From positions 3,709 to 67,708 of the forward strand of contig CAJXCK010000001.1 in the NCBI GenBank assembly GCA_913051785.1: DNA of 64,000 bases. The letters run 5' to 3'. Within the stretch, counting starts at the first letter, position 1. Every line of letters begins with the position of its first letter. Shown in pieces: positions 60,684 through 64,000 of this stretch. The notes under the pieces were generated by a model that searched no databases, was not told the origin of the DNA, and saw nothing but the letters and a program-made list of their open reading frames with translations. This DNA is from an uncultured Gammaproteobacteria bacterium (GTDB taxonomy: Bacteria; Pseudomonadota; Gammaproteobacteria; Pseudomonadales; Azotimanducaceae). Made by a program: the position numbers and the translations under genes.

Positions 60684-62449
60684 TTGGCCTTAATATAAGG
60701 TCTGGTCATGATCCTATTGATCTCCTTTAGAGGTATCTTTGGCTTTCGGTCAAAGTACAAGAGGCCGTTTATCTCCTGCTGTACATCGGTTAGCTGGGTC
60801 CACACAAAACCTCGGAGTAAATTGCTTCTCTCGATCTGGGAGATCACTTCGAGGATCGCTAATTCTAGTTGCTCCTCTGTTTTTGGAATTGGGCCGTAGG
60901 CAAAGGCATCAACAATATCCCCAGGTTTTAAGAAGCCTATTCCACCGCATTCTGTTAATAGGATTGGTAGCTCTGAAGGAATGGAGCCGGGGAGCGCGGC
61001 AGGTCTTGGCTTGCCCGCTTCGGTAACCGAAGTTTGAGGGTTTGAGTAAATATCATTCAGCTTCTCAGAAAGTGGTTTCTTTTCATCGTAATAGACATGG
61101 AGAGTCCACAAATCTCCCGAACTGTATTCCCAGCCATCGTTCCCGATGACAGGCCGGGACGGATCCAATGCCTTGGTTAAGTGATAAATAGAGTCTGCGA
61201 AGGCTCTCTGTTGTGGCCTCTGCCCAACGTGCCAAATACCCCAAGATTCGTTAAAGGGTACCCAGCCGACGACGCAAGGATGTCCCGCATCTCGCAAAAC
61301 CAACTCGATCCACTGAGTGTTGATGGACTCGATTAACTCGGATGAGAAAATTCGACCCGAAGGCATCTCGTCCCACACCAAAATGCCGAGTCGATCAGCC
61401 CAGTAGAGATATCTTGGGTCTTCAAGTTTTTGATGTTTTCGAACAAAGTTGAACCCCATTTTCTTGCAAAGTTCTATGTCTGACTTCAAAGCTTGATCAT
61501 CCTCGGCTGTGTACCAACCGTTAGGGAAATATCCTTGGTCCAAGACTCCTCTCAGGAATACGTCCTCCCCGTTCAATAAAAATCTATCCTCACGTATTTC
61601 GATTTCTCGCAGACCACAATATGATTTAACGTGATCCAGAATCTCTCCTTCTTTGCTGATCGTGATCTCTAGTTCATAGAGGTTGGGTTCTCTCGCACTC
61701 CACAAGCAAGGATTTGGCACTTGCATCTGGAATGTTATCTCGTTGCGATTATCACAGACACAGGATTCTCTTGTGATCTCTTTTCCGTCCAAGCGCAACA
61801 CCGTACTGATTTCGGCATCATTCGGTTTTGAGAATTGGTAAGTAAAGAAGATTGACCCGGAATCTAGAGAGAAGTGGTTTCTGATTGCGCTCAAATACAG
61901 ATTATTCTTTGGCTCCAGCCAGACGGTCTGCCAGATCCCTACTATTGGATCATAGTCGATTGGCCATCGTGTCGTCCCAGCCTGCTTGCCCCTCGGTTGT
62001 TGCCAGGAATCGCTGTCCTCAACAACGATAATTAAGATATTTTTTTTCGGCTTTAGGTAAGGGGTCAATCGAAACGAGAATGGTGTGTACCCCCCTTTAT
62101 GGTTACCCACATTTTGGCCATTAAGGAAGACGGTAGTAATGTAGTCACTCGCGCCTATATTCAGAAAAACCTGTTTCTGATCCCACGCTGGAAGATCAAA
62201 TTCTCGCCGATAGGCGACAAAATTTGGCTCAGTTGCTAAAACGACCCCTGATAATTTTGAGTTCGGGGCGAAAGGGACAACGATTTCTTGTATCCAATTT
62301 TCCTCAGACTCGATTGCCCTAATCGGATCCTGGTCGGAAGTTCCTGCAAAAAAATCCCATCTTCCGTTGAGATTTAGCCACTGGTCGCGTTCGAGAATGG
62401 GCCGAGGGTATTCCGGCCTGGGATAGTTAAATTTTTTTTTTGCCGTCAT
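60680..62449 (-). CDS. Glycoside hydrolase family 2 (beta-galactosidase/glucuronidase-like)
   Basis: Sugar-binding N-domain (W..I.VP), a TIM-barrel with the acid/base NESW block (VPFNESWGIW), 589 aa. Confidence 0.85.
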   Translation of the reverse strand: MTAKKKFNYPRPEYPRPILERDQWLNLNGRWDFFAGTSDQDPIRAIESEENWIQEIVVPFAPNSKLSGVVLATEPNFVAYRREFDLPAWDQKQVFLNIGASDYITTVFLNGQNVGNHKGGYTPFSFRLTPYLKPKKNILIIVVEDSDSWQQPRGKQAGTTRWPIDYDPIVGIWQTVWLEPKNNLYLSAIRNHFSLDSGSIFFTYQFSKPNDAEISTVLRLDGKEITRESCVCDNRNEITFQMQVPNPCLWSAREPNLYELEITISKEGEILDHVKSYCGLREIEIREDRFLLNGEDVFLRGVLDQGYFPNGWYTAEDDQALKSDIELCKKMGFNFVRKHQKLEDPRYLYWADRLGILVWDEMPSGRIFSSELIESINTQWIELVLRDAGHPCVVGWVPFNESWGIWHVGQRPQQRAFADSIYHLTKALDPSRPVIGNDGWEYSSGDLWTLHVYYDEKKPLSEKLNDIYSNPQTSVTEAGKPRPAALPGSIPSELPILLTECGGIGFLKPGDIVDAFAYGPIPKTEEQLELAILEVISQIERSNLLRGFVWTQLTDVQQEINGLLYFDRKPKIPLKEINRIMTRPYIKAN

Positions 62450-62548
62450 GAACGCCCCAAGTTCTCGCCTGTTGGAGAGATTATCTCATGGATGTGGAGG
62501 GTTTCATCTTTTCTGGCAAGCCCAAGATCCTGAGTGTAAGTTGGCTTT

Positions 62549-63004
62549 GTGATATTTAAACGGGGGGATTCGCGCTTGCAAGTTGAGAACAAATTAACTC
62601 CGACTCCAAAACAGTTGGAAGAGTTTTTGGATCCAGGTTCTCTCGGACCGATTCATATGATTAACCTGTTGAAATTTAGGCAGAGAGCGTTGTATGAGGA
62701 CGGCAGAGAGTCAGATCTAACTGGAGAGGGGGCCTTCAATATTTACTCACGTAAAGTAAACGAACTCGTTCGGGCTTCGGGTGGTGATGTGACGTTTATT
62801 TCTAAGATTGTGCGCCTTGAAATAGGGGAAGCCGAACAGTTGTGGGACAGAGTGATTTTGGCTAGTTATCCATCAAGGAAAATCATGCTAGATATTATGA
62901 GTTCGGACCGAATGAGAGAGATTGCAATTCACAGGACAGCTGGATTAGAGGGTCAGTTAAACATAGAAACGAAGAATGGAACTGGTCCATTCAGTCTGTT
63001 CTAA
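62549..63004 (+). CDS. DUF1330 domain protein
   Basis: IHMINLLKFR...WDRVILASYPSRKIMLDIMSS fits the DUF1330 pattern. Start uncertain. Confidence 0.7.
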   Translation: MIFKRGDSRLQVENKLTPTPKQLEEFLDPGSLGPIHMINLLKFRQRALYEDGRESDLTGEGAFNIYSRKVNELVRASGGDVTFISKIVRLEIGEAEQLWDRVILASYPSRKIMLDIMSSDRMREIAIHRTAGLEGQLNIETKNGTGPFSLF

Positions 63005-63498
63005 GAAAACAGTTTCTCCACTATTTCCTCTGAAATGGTGGAAGGAGTTTTTTCGCTAGTGCAAAGCTCTAGATCTGCATACTTCTCGTACAAATTAATC
63101 CTCTCCGCAGCCAACGATTCGATGGTAGCGTTTTCTGAAGCCGCAATCCCCCGATGTATGAAATCACCGACTCTTGATTTGATGAGTTCTAACGGGGTTT
63201 TTAGATAGACAACAAATGTTTCTGCTTTCAATCTTTTCATCGCTTTCTTGGAGTAAATAGCGCTTCCACCTGTAGCGAGCACGGAACTCTCGAGAGAGAT
63301 ACTAAGAAGTACGTCTTCCTCGATTGCTCTTAACTCTAAATATCCTCTGGAGGTAAGTATTTCCTTGAGGAGAGCAGATTCACGTCTCTGTATCTCAAGA
63401 TCCGAATCGATAAATTGGCATTTCAGGGCTTTTGCTAGTAAGACGCCGACCGAGCTTTTACCTGACGCCGGCATCCCGATTAGGGAAATATTTCTGAT
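63001..63498 (-). CDS. Shikimate-kinase-family P-loop kinase (start codon non-canonical or unresolved)
   Basis: Walker A GMPASGKSS, DSD, and ATGGS blocks typical of AroK/AroL. The first ATG (63474) lies inside the P-loop, so translation must begin upstream (ATC 63498 or ATT 63489), after GGAGG at 63507-63503. Confidence 0.7.
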   Translation of the reverse strand: MRNISLIGMPASGKSSVGVLLAKALKCQFIDSDLEIQRRESALLKEILTSRGYLELRAIEEDVLLSISLESSVLATGGSAIYSKKAMKRLKAETFVVYLKTPLELIKSRVGDFIHRGIAASENATIESLAAERINLYEKYADLELCTSEKTPSTISEEIVEKLFS

Positions 63499-63507
63499 TT
63501 TTCCTCC

Positions 63508-63708
63508 TCAACTAAAAAAAGCATAGAGAACTAATTGGCAAGCTATAAGGGCTGATGCCCAGATCCGGATGTCGCTGAACGTTTTACCTGATGGCGCTCT
63601 GACTCGTGAAAAAGGCAATAGCCAGACGAAGAAAAGGAGTAGAACAAAGAGCCCCAGGCTTATCCAATTAGCAAACTCAAGAGGCAGGTTATTAACCAAA
63701 TCAGTCAT
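63508..63708 (-). CDS. Small two-TM membrane protein
   Basis: 66 aa with two hydrophobic helices. It starts 2 nt after the symporter stop. No family recognised. Confidence 0.45.
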   Translation of the reverse strand: MTDLVNNLPLEFANWISLGLFVLLLFFVWLLPFSRVRAPSGKTFSDIRIWASALIACQLVLYAFFS

Positions 63709-63710
63709 AA

Positions 63711-64000
63711 TTAAGTTTGCTCTTTCTTCCAGTTATAGGTGAGTTGATGGAGTTCGTCGAGCGGAAGTGGCTTCGTCCAATAACTGAGCGTTGTCAGGCA
63801 AACTAACGCGTAGCAAAAGCTGATGAAAGCAACGAAAAGCATGTTTATACCTGAGAATAGGAGTATGCCTGATAAAGGTACTCCCGTGATTAATGTCCAA
63901 AGGCCTGCTTGAGGCGTAACGAACTTGGTCAAGGCGCCCAGGCACAAAAGTGCGAGCATAGGCCCTTGAAAAAGCGATAGCATGTTTTGAACAGCAATAT
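63711..64000 (-). CDS. Sodium:solute symporter-like transporter, C-terminal fragment (N-terminus beyond the right edge)
   Basis: The frame stays open to the window edge (..IAVQNMLSLFQGPMLALLCLG...). The last TM helices are typical of the SSS family. The assignment is tentative because only about 95 aa are visible. Confidence 0.55.
   Translation of the reverse strand, partial: IAVQNMLSLFQGPMLALLCLGALTKFVTPQAGLWTLITGVPLSGILLFSGINMLFVAFISFCYALVCLTTLSYWTKPLPLDELHQLTYNWKKEQT

Noticed and set aside
63508-63510. The TGA between the 66-aa membrane ORF and the same-frame kinase as a second selenocysteine codon.
   Set aside because: The downstream sequence overlaps a strong Shine-Dalgarno. It forms only a weak AT-rich stem (GGAAA/TTTCC) with no G-containing apical loop at SECIS distance. 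There is also no Cys-homologue argument. Ordinary termination followed by re-initiation is more likely.
1-64000. Scan for CRISPR arrays, IS elements or transposases, integrases, toxin-antitoxin pairs, restriction-modification or other defence systems, and rRNA genes.
   Set aside because: I found no direct-repeat arrays, no transposase, integrase or recombinase-like ORFs, and no small paired ORFs with TA-like features. All large ORFs are explained as metabolic or housekeeping genes.

Overview
This is a 64 kb window of a compact (over 90% coding, about 45% GC) gammaproteobacterial chromosome, probably from a streamlined marine lineage. Positions 1 to about 42.9 kb are housekeeping core. They hold arginine genes (argF, argD, argG), grxD-rnt, murI-nth, miaB, metG/apbC, dcd/purM, serA, mnmC, argS, pdxJ and scpAB-rluB. 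They also hold a Pseudomonas-like syntenic run: mtaD-ubiG, divergent from gyrA-serC-pheA-hisC-tyrA-cmk-rpsA-ihfB-lapA. A single tRNA-Asn(GTT) at 42884-42959 marks the change to a roughly 20 kb block of catabolic or accessory enzymes. That block includes an aldo-keto reductase, a carboxylesterase, an AGXT2L-like aminotransferase with an APH-type kinase, flavoenzymes, a Baeyer-Villiger monooxygenase, a VOC dioxygenase, a GST-like protein, a D-aminoacylase, a GH2 hydrolase and DUF1330 proteins. It contains no integrase, transposase or regulator. The most notable observation is a linalool-dehydratase/isomerase-family gene (50844-52337) split by one in-frame TGA at 51504-51506. The frame stays open through the TGA. 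As far as I recall the Ldi sequence, the TGA falls where the second catalytic cysteine would align. Exactly 18 nt downstream is a GCCUC-GGUCU-GAGGC hairpin whose spacing and GGUC loop match the E. coli fdhF SECIS as I remember it. This makes it a candidate new selenoprotein, co-transcribed with a TusD/DsrE-like thiol protein. No CRISPR arrays, IS elements, rRNA genes or recognisable defence systems were seen.
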